A stretch of DNA of 63,072 nt, filler included, from Reclinomonas americana ATCC 50394 (lineage: Eukaryota): assembly GCA_048213135.1 (NCBI GenBank). It is 30 parts of 30 records of this genome, joined end to end, with 100 filler letters (N's around TTAATTAATTAA, not from the genome) between each part and the next. Parts side by side here need not be neighbours in the genome. Positions count along the whole stretch, not along the records: positions 1 to 2,161 come from AFZH01025015.1; positions 2,262 to 4,416 come from AFZH01025016.1; positions 4,517 to 6,669 come from AFZH01025017.1; positions 6,770 to 8,922 come from AFZH01025018.1; positions 9,023 to 11,159 come from AFZH01025019.1; positions 11,260 to 13,396 come from AFZH01025020.1; 24 more parts are not named here. One strand, written 5' to 3'. Positions 1-11,980 of the stretch are shown here, piece after piece. Position numbers and translations under genes: made by a program. The notes beneath the pieces are model-generated. The model had not been told where the DNA came from, ran no database searches, and was given only the letters and a program-made list of their open reading frames with translations. Every line of letters begins with the position of its first letter. Position 1 is the first letter of the stretch.

Positions 1-2101
1 AAACGAGTCCGTCACACGACCACCGTACATGACCTCACCCACCAGATACCGCAAACTGTCCCACGGCACAGGATCGCCGTACATGTCGGCCTTGTTCAAG
101 TACCTGAGACAGACACGCGCAACGGTCAGTCGACGAATCACTCCTCTTCATCACATCAGTGCACGTCGTGAAGAACGCACATCTTGATCAGACGACGCGA
201 GATCTTGAAATCCGACTCGTTGTAGTCGTACGCCACTGCGAGTAGACAATGGCAGGTGAGAACAAGGACAGTGGAGAGGCGAACAAAGCGATCACACGGC
301 TCACGCACCATTCCATCCGATCTTGCCATACTTGCGGCGCTCTTGCACCACCGCATGGAAGAACGTCAGCACGTAAATCAACGGCGCGTACAGCTTGTGC
401 GTGCACGACTGCAGCTCCTCGTCGTCGATCTTGGCAAAGGTGTTGCGCATGTTCAGGCGCAAGTTGTTCGGCGGCTCCTGCACGACCTTGAGCGACCGCT
501 GCAGAATGCCCAGTGGGAAGTTGGGCGTGGCCTCGGTGGTGCACCACAGACGGAAGTCCTGATGCATCTTGCCTGTCGCCTTCTTCTTGTCGTTCTCCTC
601 GAGCAGCTTCTCCAGCTCGCGCAACCACTTGACCAGCAAGTGGCAGTTCTCCAGAATGACCCACTGACCCTTGATCACAGCCTGCTCCACGGTCTCCTTG
701 GCCACTGGCCCTTGACCCTGGCCGAGCGACACACGCTTGAGGCGATTCAGCATGTCGCGCTTGATGGCCAGATCCGTGATATCACGCGCCGGATCGGCAC
801 CAGGCGAGATGACGCACACAATGGGGGCCGTCGGCGTCGACAGCTCGTGCACATCGAAAAAGTTGATGGCCGGCGGCTGCACGTACTTTGGTCCCATAAC
901 CTCCATGATGAACTGGCGCACGGCCAGATTGACACGATCGACACGGAAGCAGCGCAGCAGGCACATGCGCTGGAACGTCGTCAAGCGCTCCGAGTACCCC
1001 TGTGAGAAACAAGGCAGGTGAGCTACAGCGATGAAGAACATGGAAACCCAACGCTGCACATACCATGGGGAACGAAACACCTTCGGGGTTCTCCAAATCA
1101 AACCATGACTTCCACTGCGGTTCGTTTTGCGTCACCTGATCAGCCAAGTGCTCGCACACCGGCACCACCTGCGTCCCCCCCAAGAAAAAGCAGCGTGTGA
1201 ATCTCTTGCCGACAAATTGCGGTCTCGAGGAACAACAACAACCACGCACCGCCTGCAGTTGAATCAGATCCTCCCAGCCTTGGTTTGGAATCCACTCCGC
1301 CGGCTTCTTGCGCTCACTCTTCGTCAGTGCCAAGTTGCCCTTCAGGAAGAAGTCGAGCTCACGACGATTCAGGTTGCCAGCACCCTCGAGAATGCTGTTG
1401 CCATCAACACCAGGAGAGATCAGTACACAAGCTATATCAATGAAGACGAAACGCCCACTCACCGCAGCGCAAGCTGGAAGGCAAACATGTCCTTGTGCTG
1501 TGTGGTTGCGAAAACAAACAAGGCGATGAGACAACTCCTCAGTTACTCGTAAAGACTTCATCGTCGTCGCACCTTCTCAAAGATACCCATGCAAATGTAG
1601 TCGTAGGCCAGCGACGTCAGCAGCGTGATGATGTTGTCGAGCTTGGTGTCCACACTCAAACTGCAAACGAGGTCAGCACCCAAAAGGAGCAGAGCGCTCA
1701 GGTACGTGCCGCGAACTCACCTTGGCTCACGCTTGGAGAGGGCCATCTTGAACACATCAGACAGGTACGACGACAGCGAGTACTCGTACATCGAGTTGAT
1801 TTGCGACAGCGAGGCCATCACGAAGAAGATGATCATGCCGCGACGAGCCGCCGGTCGGTAGGCATCGCACGCTTTCTGTGTGGGAGAAAGGGCAAATGAG
1901 CGTTGTTACCACTGCAAAATCAAGAGCGGCACTGCAGTCCACAAACCTCGATCTTGTCTCGTGTCACCTCGGCGGCGGCCAGCTGCTGCGCAATGTCACC
2001 AGCCTGCCGCTTCGTGTCCTCCAGCGTCGAAATCAGCTCGTCGTTATCGAGAATGTTGCCCGTCGACGTGCTCAGCAAGTGGAGCAAGGTGTCCTCGAGC
2101 C
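1..2101 (-). CDS. DNAH10: Axonemal dynein heavy chain (DNAH10 / inner-arm I1-alpha-like), multi-exon internal fragment covering the AAA5-AAA6 region
   Basis: Spliced via short GT-AG introns: GNILDNDELISTLE, YRPAARRG, ELDFFLKGN..SERKKP..WIPNQGWED, SPGADP, SLGQGQG, GQWVILENCHL, FRLWCTTE, ERRKYGKIGWN, YDYNESDF, LVGEVMYGGRVTD. Confidence 0.92.
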
Positions 2102-2161
2102 TGCACACACACACACGCGCACGCGGTGAGTTTCATGTTACTCTCTCTCCAGTTAGAGTAC

Positions 2162-2261
2162 NNNNNNNNNNNNNNNNNNNNNNNNNNNNNNNNNNNNNNN
2201 NNNNNTTAATTAATTAANNNNNNNNNNNNNNNNNNNNNNNNNNNNNNNNNNNNNNNNNNNN
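2162..2261. other. Artificial contig linker (first of 29; the others start at 4417, 6670, 8923, 11160, 13397, 15630, 17861, 20086, 22307, 24524, 26741, 28946, 30097, 31248, 33449, 35649, 37835, 40020, 41392, 43575, 45748, 47920, 50088, 52255, 54420, 56584, 58748, 60911)
   Basis: Identical 100-bp N44-TTAATTAATTAA-N44 blocks with six-frame stops; unrelated organisms flank them. Confidence 0.99.
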
Positions 2262-4352
2262 TATCAAAACCGAGAGAAATAAGACGAGACAGACGGAAAC
2301 GAGCAAAACGAGGATGGGAAGGACGAAGAGACGAGCAAAGAAAAGGGTGGGTCGGGAGGGCCTCTCCTACACGACGAGCAAAACGAGGATGAGTCGGATG
2401 AACCGACTAGAGAAATGGACTCATCCTCGCAAAAATCATGTTGCTAACGCAAAATGAAACAATCACAAAATGCACGACTTTGCGGAGACCGTACCTTCAC
2501 AACCACTCGTGTGCAAAATAACGAGTTTATTGTTCCACTAAGGTACCTCTGGGGACAGTTGGCTCGGACAGTCTTGCTCGCGTCGATAGCAAATGAAGCC
2601 GCTAGTTGACCGGCTTGCGAGGGCTCCTGGCGCGTGGTTTCATGGTCTTATAAAGCACGGCGATCTGTATTCAGTAGAATGGCTATCTAACTACAGGTAT
2701 GCAAAGTTGCAGCGCGGATGGGTGCAATCCGGCTGAACGGCGGCGATCGGTCGGAGGGCTCCACGTTCGCAAGTTTCTGGACTGCAGAAATGGCGGGAGG
2801 GTGAGACAAGTGAGCTGCAGCGCGCTTGTGCCAGAGCAGTGACCAGTGGATGCACCAGAGCAGGCGCAGAGGTGGAGAGCGTGGGAGACGAGCCTGGTTC
2901 ACAGTGTTGAAGTGTGCAGGACTTGTGGAATCTTAGTGATGCGTGAAGTGACGGCGAATGTCACGCACGCGGTGAGGTGCGGCAAAGATGCGATCTCGCA
3001 CAGCAGGCTGTATGCACCACGACTGTGTGCTGCACTCATTGCTTGGAGTGTGCCGGCCACAGCACGCGCAGAGTGGGTCAGACATGACAAATCTGGTTTC
3101 CGAAAGATGCGCAGCTCGAGCTCAATGCGAACAATCAGTGATGCGTTGGTAGAGGCGAAGCAGCACTTGCTGTGCGATGAAGCACTGCTGCTGCAGACGT
3201 CGACACAGTGGAGGTTGCAGAGCCTGCAGCACAGCGTCGCGTGCGGTCACAGAGTACGAGCTCTGAGAGTGCAGAACGTCAAGATTCGGTTTCCGGCCAC
3301 ACATTGGAGGAGGTCGGGAATCTCTTGAACTGTGGCGACTGGTGCAGACGCGGATAATGTTGCGCGATGCGCCCACCTTACCAGGGCAGCGACATTTGAC
3401 ACGCACAAGCCAATGCCTCCCATGGCAGTGCAACGCATGTGGGTGACGATCGGTGATACTGGATCTGAATCCGAACGCGTTGATGCGCTCAAAAAAACAA
3501 GCATGTGAGTTCAGGCACGCAAGCGCACGCCATCACGGAGGACCTACAGCAGTGTGTGTCGCAGCTGGTGCGGAAAGAGAGGAGCGAGCGCGAGGTGCAT
3601 GGCCAAGGGCCGTCCATTACAGAAACCGAGCAAGTTGTCCGATGCGTGTGTCTGATGCGTGCACGAGTCGGGATGCAAGCGCTGACTGCACCTGTTGTGC
3701 CAAGTTGCCGGGCACTCCATGGATGGTGTCCAAGTGCGTGCACAGTCTTGCAGACTTCATGGAAACAGGCATCGTGCACGGAACCGAAGAGAGACGCGCG
3801 CCGGCGCCGTCGCACAGAAATTGTGTGGTGATGCTGAAGTCAACGGCGCAGCACAGACGTGTGCGAGAAAGACGTGGCGCCTGTAGCAAGTGTCCATATG
3901 CATATATAGACACACGGGTGCGCTGCAAAAGAGAGCTCGAGTGCGGCATGTCATGATGTCAGTGTGCAAAGAACGACTTGGGGAGTGAATCATGACTCGC
4001 CCACTCACCCAGCCAGAAAGAAACGACGGCGCGCGTGAATCGCCGAGAATCGCTGCCTGCGCTTCGACACTCGACGAGAGCGAAACCGCATCGCACAAAG
4101 CAAGACAACTCAGGCACGGTGGTGTTGATTGCATTGTGCTGTTGCAGACGGAAGCCACTGCAGGGCCTGCTGAAACGGATGCGAGCTGCTGGTACTCCCA
4201 AGAGCTCCTCTGTAGATACTCACAATGGTGCCCACGGCCCTCAACAGTTCTTTTCTGAGAGATCGCGACTGTGGCAAGCATCACGATCGATCCAGATCGG
4301 GCGCAGATTCATGCCGCATACAAATAATGCACGATGGGTGCCAGCGCAAGTT

Positions 4353-4361
4353 CTCTCTCTC

Positions 4362-4416
<55 letters not shown>
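4353..4416. repeat. (CT)n microsatellite at a contig end; similar (GA)n, (GT)n and (GAA)n tracts end many contigs (e.g. 33293-33448, 45646-45747, 47843-47918)
   Basis: Seen directly. Confidence 0.95.
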
Positions 4417-4818
4417 NNNNNNNNNNNNNNNNNNNNNNNNNNNNNNNNNNNNNNNNNNNNTTAATTAATTAANNNNNNNNNNNNNNNNNNNNNNNNNNNN
4501 NNNNNNNNNNNNNNNNCTCTCTCTCTTACTTCCTCTTTCTTTCTTTTTCTCTCTCTGTTTCTCTCTCTCTGTTGCTCTTGTTTGTCTGTCTGTGTCTTCC
4601 TGCTTGTTTGTCTACGTGTGCGTTGTGTGTACCGCTTCGCATTGGCTCGTACTCATGGGTGTACGCATTCACCGTCGATTGTACATGTAACTTCTCTTAC
4701 GTGCGCTCTCCTCTCTATTCTTACTATTTGGCTGTGAATGTCCTCGTCTCGCTCCCGCTCGTCTCCCTCTGTCGATACTCTGACCCGCGCTCTTGCTTCT
4801 CTTCATGTGCTTATGCAG

Positions 4819-6500
4819 TCACCCAAACGTAATTGGCGTTTACGGTATAGTACCGGACGCTCCCGATGGGCCAGGCTACTTGATGGACTTCAGCGTGGGC
4901 GGATCATTGCGGGATTTGCTCTTTGTTCGTCGCGAAGATCTCACCAATGTGGAGGTGAGCCTCGTTTGTTTGGCAGGTTTCCTGCACCTTTCTTTGTTTG
5001 TAAGTTTGTCACTGACATCCCGTTCCGCAGCGTCTCGATTTGTGCATCGAGGTTATGCGAGGCCTGGTAAACTTGCATCGCCATCGCATCGCTCACCGCG
5101 ATATCAAACCGGAGAATGTCCTGCTGGATGCGCATCGTGTCCCTCGTCTCGCCGACTTTGGTCTTGCTGAGACAATGATGACCGCCACGCGACTCACAAG
5201 TGCCGTTGGTACACCGATGTGAGTGGTATCAGAGTGTGTGTTTTGCGAGCGCCTCCCCATCTGATTTCTGCAACAGGTACATGGCGCCAGAAGTGATGAA
5301 TGTGGAGGTGATGTGAATGGCAACTGTTGTTTGCGTCATATTCTCCTGAGCGCAATTTATGTGTTTTCTGCAGCCGTACGACTTGACGTGTGACATGCAC
5401 TCGATGGCCATGGTCATGTGGGTGATATTCGCGAATGAGCTGCCATTCAAGGGATACGCGCCGATGCAGGTTGGAGATTTCAGTCTACTGTATGCCAACG
5501 GTCACTCGCTGACAATTGGAACTTGTGTTAGATAATGCGATGTATCGATCGTGGGGAACGACCGCCCGTGGCATCGATTCCTGCTGAGCTTCGTGACATT
5601 GTTGCTCACAGCTGGGTGCGTATCACGACTTGCGCACTTCATATTGTCCCATGGACTAACTTTTACAAATCGGCTCAGGCGCCTTCGCCAGCTGATCGTC
5701 CGTCAAGTGTCGATTTGCTTGCAAGCCTCCTGCAGGTCCGACAGCTGTGGGTGCAACCTGCTGAGGAGGACGGGGATCGTGGTCGCATGAATGCCGATGC
5801 GCGGCTGCGTGCGCAAGATCTGGCCGCTGCTATGGAGCAACAACTGCGCATGCAAGAAGGAGCTGCCGCCGGTGCAGCGAGGCTTCGTCAGCAGGAAGAG
5901 GAGCTCCGGCGCCGCGAACAGCAGCTAATTGCAGAAGAGCAGCGCCGCCAACAGGAAGCGGATGCCCTTCGCCGACGAGAGGAAGATCTGCGACGCCGAG
6001 AACAGCAGGTGGCCGCTGCTGAGCAGGCGAGGCTCGCTCAGCAGGAAGCGGATGCGCTTCGTCAACGGCAGGAAGCTGAAGCGCTGCGTCGAAGAGAGGA
6101 AGCCGCTGCACGTGCGGAAGCGGAGCGCTGGCAGCGAGAAGCAGAGGCCACACGCCAGCGACAGGTGCAAGAGGCCGCTGCTCGTGCGGAAGAACAACGC
6201 CGCCAGCAGGAAAAAGTTGCCCGTTATCCGGTCTGTGCTGTCTGCGCTTCTGTTCAATCTGTTGATACAGTATTACTCATGTGCGGATCACAGTTGTGCA
6301 AGAGATGCGGCCAACCAGCTGTTCCAGGTCAAAAATGCATGCACCACACAGGAGTTGCGTTATGCGCATCTTTCAATTTCCCTGTTGGGTACGCGTGTGC
6401 TCACCAAACAAGTACCCAGTGGGTAAGTTTTTTATCACCTGTGACATACGTTTGATAGCTAACACTTGCGTGCACGGCGACAATGGCGATGGATGCATTA
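4819..6500 (+). CDS. TKL-type Ser/Thr protein kinase followed by an E/Q/R-rich coiled coil (multi-exon, 5' partial, 3' end approximate)
   Basis: HPNVIGVYG, HRDIKPENVLL, ADFGLA, GTPM|YMAPE, PYDLTCD..MVMW..ELPF, GERP across GT-AG introns; RRREEE-type repeats at 5830-6215. Confidence 0.9.
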
Positions 6501-6769
6501 TCATGCAGGGAGTTGAGTATGCGTGTGTGTGTATGTGTATGAGAAAGAGAGATAGAGAGAGAGAGAGGGAGAAAGAGAGAGGAGAAGAAGGGAGGAGAAG
6601 AGAGGGAGGGAGGAGAGGGAAGAGTAGAAAAGAGAGAGAGAGAGTATTGTGTGTGTTATTGTTGTTTGGNNNNNNNNNNNNNNNNNNNNNNNNNNNNNNN
6701 NNNNNNNNNNNNNTTAATTAATTAANNNNNNNNNNNNNNNNNNNNNNNNNNNNNNNNNNNNNNNNNNNN

Positions 6770-8922
6770 AACTGCAGCAGTCGACGATGCGTCCATCGGC
6801 TGCAGGAGTTGTATATATGGCGATCGACACAGTGTGGGCGACGCAACGTCGACAGTCACATGGACAAGGAAATGACAACACACCGAGTGGTCGTGCCCGG
6901 TAGTAGAAGCAACAGGGTGCTGGTGCTGGACGCCTCTGCCTTTTCCTCTTGTTCCTCTCCGAGTTCGTCGAGCAGGTGCAGGTGCAGGTGCATCGTGCAG
7001 ACGCTGCGAGTCATCGACATCCGCCGGCGCCGGCTGTGGCGCATCACTGGCAGCAGCGGTGCTCGCCTTCTTTGCCACAGCAATGCAGCGTGAGTGTTTT
7101 CCATGAATGATGTGCCCAGCAGCCGCTGCGACATACCTTCTCGGCTTTCGGCACTGCGACTGACTTGGCACGCTTCTTGCGAGTCGGAGTCTTTTCATCG
7201 GGGATCTTGATGGCAATTCCCCCATGGGCACCAGCAGCTGCGCCACTCTGCGACGCAGAACGTTCACATGCCGCGCGTCGCACTCGCTGCAGCATATCAT
7301 GGTCTCTCCGATCTTTTGATGCCGCCGAATCGTGCCCTTGGTGCCTGTTTGTTTTGTGCGCGTCACGTGAGTGAATTCGAGATTGCACGCACTGCAGCAC
7401 TGCGCACGCGCGCGCGGTGCATCTGCAGGAGCGATGGCTCACCTGCCATTGTCGGAGAATGCACGCATAGCGGGGACACTACCCGTCTCCGCCTCAGCAG
7501 CGCGCGCGACCGCTGATGCCAATGGAGGCGGAGTTTGCCGTTCACCGTCCAGCAAGGCGTACAGGTTCGAAATCTCGCCATTCTTGTGCCGCCGCATAGC
7601 CTCGAATTTCAGCGTGCAGCCATCCTTTGGTTGAACTTCGACTGCTGTTGGCGGCGCACCACGCGCACCACGCACGCAGTGCTCCACAGAATGTTGACTG
7701 CAACACAAGAGTTGTGTGAGAACGAGAAATTGCCGTACGTGTGGCCCACCCACATGCACAGATTCAGCGCAACACGTACCTGCACTTGCCACCCGTGCGT
7801 GAGAGCTTGTTTTTCGTCCTGAGTCGCTGCACACGCACACGTTGCCACTTCACAGTTGGCAGGTTGTGTCGTCTACGTAATTGCAGCCATGCATGATTAA
7901 TTAATTGCAAGTCAGTTTTAGTGCAGAACAAAAGAAAGCTGCGCTCACCTGGCGTGCGAGTATGGAGTCAGATTGTCGATAACGGCAGACACGCCAGCAG
8001 CCAGGCGTTTCGCTGCGTCCTGCAGCTTTTCCGGCTTCACAGGCTGACTCCAAGGCGGCAGGGGGGGCACCTCCTCCTGATCCTCCTTCTTCTTCGATTT
8101 CTCCGTGCGCCTCATCTCGGCCAGCGTCTCGCGCATCATGAAGTCGTGCATCAGCACCACAGCAACGAGGCGCGCTGGTGATGATGCCTTCTGCGCGAGC
8201 TTCAACAGCTGCTCGACGCATTTAGCATCGTCGTCATTGTCGATTTGCATGGCGAACTCATGTTTCTTGCTGCAGCTGCCGGTCGCGAATTCCTCGAACG
8301 CGCCGTGCAACGTCGTCAAGTAGTACAAGATGCCTTCCAGATCGTGCTCTGGCTCGTCGGTGTTGCTGCAGAACAAAAGTAAAGTGATGAGCAAGAAAGA
8401 ATTTTCAACATTGCATGTAGAACACCGCGGCGAAACCTGGCTTCAGCGAGGAAGTAGCACGTGACGAGAGACAGCTCGACGAGTTGCTTCGTCCGCGCTG
8501 GCGTCATCTCACGATTGCCCGTGGATCTCTCGTGCGAGAGGGCGAGGCTGGATCCAAAGAGCGGAAGAAAGAGGCTCAGTGGATTGCCCTGTGCCGCCGA
8601 CGCCCCGCGGGGCCCGAATGAATGCAGCCAGTGCACGTGATCATCAGTGGCGCGAGCTGCACTGGCAGAGCTCGAGGCGCCGAGCTCGAGCATAGCCTGA
8701 CGGCGCTCATCCAGTTCTGCGGAGAGGAAGAGAGCGAGTGGTAGGTGTGAGTCACAACTGTTTACAAAGCACTTTACACGTGACACAAGAAGTGGGTGCA
8801 GAACATCATGCACGCGCGTGCACGTATTTGTGCGTGTGCGTGCGTGTACACAACTGTCGACTATGTGCTCGATGCGATTGTTGTAAAAAGCAACTCGTTG
8901 CTCCAACCCGGCGTAGACATCA
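6770..8922 (-). CDS. Multi-exon hypothetical eukaryotic protein (fragment)
   Basis: Coding-like exons (about 7949-8367, 8420-8715) bounded by GT/AG; no family recognised. Confidence 0.4.
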
Positions 8923-9022
8923 NNNNNNNNNNNNNNNNNNNNNNNNNNNNNNNNNNNNNNNNNNNNTTAATTAATTAANNNNNNNNNNNNNNNNNNNNNN
9001 NNNNNNNNNNNNNNNNNNNNNN

Positions 9023-9351
9023 CCCCTGAAGATGCCCTGCAGTGTCAGAAGGTTTGAGCCCGTATTGGGCACCGCAGTGAGCCCCGTGATCGTGAAGCCA
9101 TTGGTGTCGATCGTGACGTTCTTGTTCAGCGACGACAAATTCGACCCTATTGTGATGTTCTGGGTCAGAATGATCGTCGAGTTCGCATCCGCACTGGCAG
9201 CCGAGAATGCGGACGACAGCTGGCCGAAGGTGCTGACATAATAGGTCTCGGCAAGGCTTGGCGAAGCCATGCCGCAGGCAAGTATGAGGGCTGTGCCGCT
9301 GACTGTCCGAAACAGTGTGGCTGCAGCGGAACGATTCAAACCGGCGCGCAT
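9023..9351 (-). CDS. Secreted autotransporter/adhesin-like protein, N-terminal part (3' truncated), bacterial
   Basis: Signal peptide ending SLA|ETY, then Ser/Thr/Asn-rich beta-helix-like TIILTQNITI..VTIDTNGFTI; GGGG RBS-like sequence upstream. Confidence 0.55.
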
Positions 9352-9516
9352 CCGATCCCCCTTAGCCAGCGCCGCCTGAAACGGTTCAAACGGCGTGCAA
9401 CCATGACTAGAGTCGGCTCGCTAAGGGAATGTTAAGACCTGAGGCGAAAACCGCATCGGGGGGCTGCGTCCCGCGCAATGGCAGGCGGAGCGCCGTGGCC
9501 TCAGCCTCCATGCACC

Positions 9517-9543
9517 AAAAAAGCCGGCCCGTCGGGGCCGGCT
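9517..9543 (-). terminator. Rho-independent terminator after the TonB receptor
   Basis: Minus strand: AGCCGGCCC-CGAC-GGGCCGGCT stem running into a T6 tract, 24 nt after the stop codon. Confidence 0.85.
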
Positions 9544-9567
9544 GAAGTGGTCTCGAAACTCTGACGC

Positions 9568-11159
9568 TCAGAACTGATACTTGAGCGTCGCCTTCACGGT
9601 GCGGCCGGGCTCGCTGTAGTAGTCACGCGGCTGCGGACGGGCCAGCGGCACATTGGCGGCGTCCCAGTACTTGCGGTCGAAGATGTTGTAGACGCCGATC
9701 TGCAATTCGAGGTCGGCGATCTCCGGCATCGGGCGCCACCAGGCCGAGGCGTTGAAGATCGCATAGCCCGGCGCCTTGAAGCCGGTGCCTGCCTGGACCG
9801 TCGAGACATCGTCGCGCTTGCCGGCCATCTTGGCCGAGACCTCGGCGCCCCAGCGGTCCGTGCCATAGGCGACGGCGACGATACCCTGCATCGGCGGGAT
9901 CGAGTTGAGGAAGATGTCGTCGGTCTTATTGCGGCCGCGGGTATAGGCGAAGGAGCCGCGCACCAGCCAGTTCGGCGCGAAGGCGTATTGCCCGTTGATC
10001 TCGACGCCCTGGATCTCGGCGCGCGGGATGTTGCGCAGGCTGACGATGCCGCCCTGCGGATAGAGGCCGCCGACACCCGGAGCCTGGAGCTGGTACTGCT
10101 CGATATAATTGCGATAGCTGGTGTGGAAATAGGTGATCGAGCCGCCGAGCTGCTTGTCGCCGAAGCGCAGGCCGACATCGACGCCGTTGCCCTTCTCCGG
10201 ACGCAGCACCGGGTTGCCGGCGCGCAGATAGGTGCTCGGCCCGCCGAAGCGGCCATAGAGTTCGTCCGCCGTCGGGGCCCGGAAGCTCTTGGCCCATTGC
10301 GCGAAGAGCGTGAGGTCCTTCACCAAGGGCGCGTTCTTCAGGATGTCGTATTCCAGCCTGACGCGTGGCGACCAGGCCGAGTCGCTCGACGACGGCGGCA
10401 GCCCGACCGGGCGCGAGCCGCTGGCCGAATAGGCCGGCGTCGCCTGCGGCTTCTCCTCATACCAGTCGAAGCGCACGCCGGGCGTGACGCGCAGGCGATT
10501 GTCGAGCAGGCCGATCTCGTCCTGGACATAGACGCCGACGAGCCGCCCGTCGATGTCGGGCTGGTCCGACTGGTTGGTGAAGAGGTTGTTGCAGGTGGCG
10601 AACGCCCCCGTATAGGAGCCGCTGGCCGGCCGCGCCGGGCAGTTGTCGATGCCCGAGGAATACTGCTTCAGCGACGACATGCGCAGCTCGGTGCCGGCCA
10701 GGATGCGATGCGAGAGCGGGCCGGTCTGCAGGTTCTTGATCACATGGCCGTTGAAACCGTAGGCGGTCTCCTCGTTCTCGTTGTCGCGGCCATAGGGTCC
10801 GATGATGCTGGTGTAGCGCCAGGCGCTGACCAGGTCGTTGCGCTTCAGCCGCTGCCAGTAAAGATTGGCATGCGCCTCGTCGACGAGGAGGCCGCCGGGC
10901 TGCTTGTAGTCATAGGTGAGCGAGACGCGGTTGCGCTCGACATCCTCGCCGGTCTGATAGGCGCCCGGACGGAAATTGCCGGTCAGCGAGACCGTGCTGG
11001 TCCGCGTCTGGACCCGGTCGGCACGCTTGAAGAACTCGCCGGTCAGGCCGAAGCGATGGGCTTCGCCGACCTGCTGGTAGATCTTGCCGAGGAAGCTGTA
11101 CTGGTTGAAGTCGGCCGGGTTGGGCGCGGTGCGGTCGACGCCGATCGTCTTGACGTTGC
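9568..11159 (-). CDS. TonB-dependent heme/hemoglobin/transferrin/lactoferrin-family receptor (5' truncated), alphaproteobacterial-like
   Basis: TPGVRFDWY, FRAP (SFRAPTADELY) and NPNL-like (NPVLRPE) motifs, NIFDRKYW, PGRT, C-terminal Phe; no introns; high GC3. Confidence 0.93.
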
Positions 11160-11259
11160 NNNNNNNNNNNNNNNNNNNNNNNNNNNNNNNNNNNNNNNNN
11201 NNNTTAATTAATTAANNNNNNNNNNNNNNNNNNNNNNNNNNNNNNNNNNNNNNNNNNNN

Positions 11260-11900
11260 CACTCGGAGGATGAGAGGAGAGGCAAGAGCAATGGTGAAGT
11301 GAGAGAGAAAGAGAAGAAGAGATTCAGAAGCAAGGAATTGTCTCGCAGAGGATGAGGGAGTGGCAAGAGCAATGGTGAAGTGAGAGAGAAGAGATTTAGA
11401 GGCAGGGAGTCGTCACTCAGAGGATGAGATGAGAGGCAAGAGCAGTGGTGACGTGAGAGAGAAAGAGATAAAGAGACTCAGAAGCAGGGAGTTGTCTCTC
11501 GGAGGATGAGAGGAGAGGCAGAGCAATGGTGAGGTGAGAGAGAAAGAGAAAAAGAGATTCAGAAGCAGGGAGTTGTCTCTCAGAGGATGAGAGGGAGAGT
11601 GACAAGAGCAGAGAGAAAGAGAAGAAGAGATTCAGAAGCAGGGTGTTGTCTCTCCGAGGATGGGAGAGGGTGGCAAGAGCTAATGGTGAAGTGAGAGAGA
11701 AAGAGAAAAGTGATTCAGAAGCAAGGAGGATGAGAGGGAGGGGCGAGAGCGAATGGCGAAGGGTTCCTCTGAGTGAGAGAGAGAAAGAGAAAAAAAGACT
11801 CAGAAGCGGGGAGTTGTCTCTCAGAGGATGAGAGGAAGGGCAAGATCTAGACCACATGGGGAAGGTTTCTCTCAGACTGAGAGTTGCAGAGGAGGAGAGA
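11260..11900. repeat. Purine-rich degenerate minisatellite, about 7-8 units of roughly 65-100 bp, probably intronic
   Basis: Recurring ctc(g/a)gaggatgagagg..ggcaagagcaatggtgaagtgagagagaaagag..gattcagaagcagggagttgtct. Confidence 0.85.
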
Positions 11901-11980
11901 GAGAGTTGTTGCGCTGCGAGGGTTAGCGAGAGAGGCAAGCATTCGACACTTGGTGAACGTCGCACTCATCACCTCCTCAG

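Noticed and set aside
2206..2217. Regularly recurring TTAATTAATTAA as a biological repeat
   Set aside because: It is always centred in N runs, so it is an artificial six-frame stop linker. ORFs ending in X..LIN are artefacts of it.
2700..4350. Protein-coding gene in the rest of contig 2
   Set aside because: Many short overlapping ORFs, but no recognisable motif or consistent exon chain.
7330..7366. Histone H3-like N-terminus (TRTKQT)
   Set aside because: Only five residues match, there is no histone fold, and the start is not ATG.
7897..7906. Internal TTAATTAATT resembling the linker
   Set aside because: It has no flanking Ns and lies in a probable intron, so it is likely a chance AT-rich motif.
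9988..11211. Long antisense or alternative-frame ORFs (also 17981-18760, 19082-19960, 27633-28718, 41546-43048, 48497-49765)
   Set aside because: These are shadow ORFs caused by high GC3 or low complexity opposite well-supported genes.
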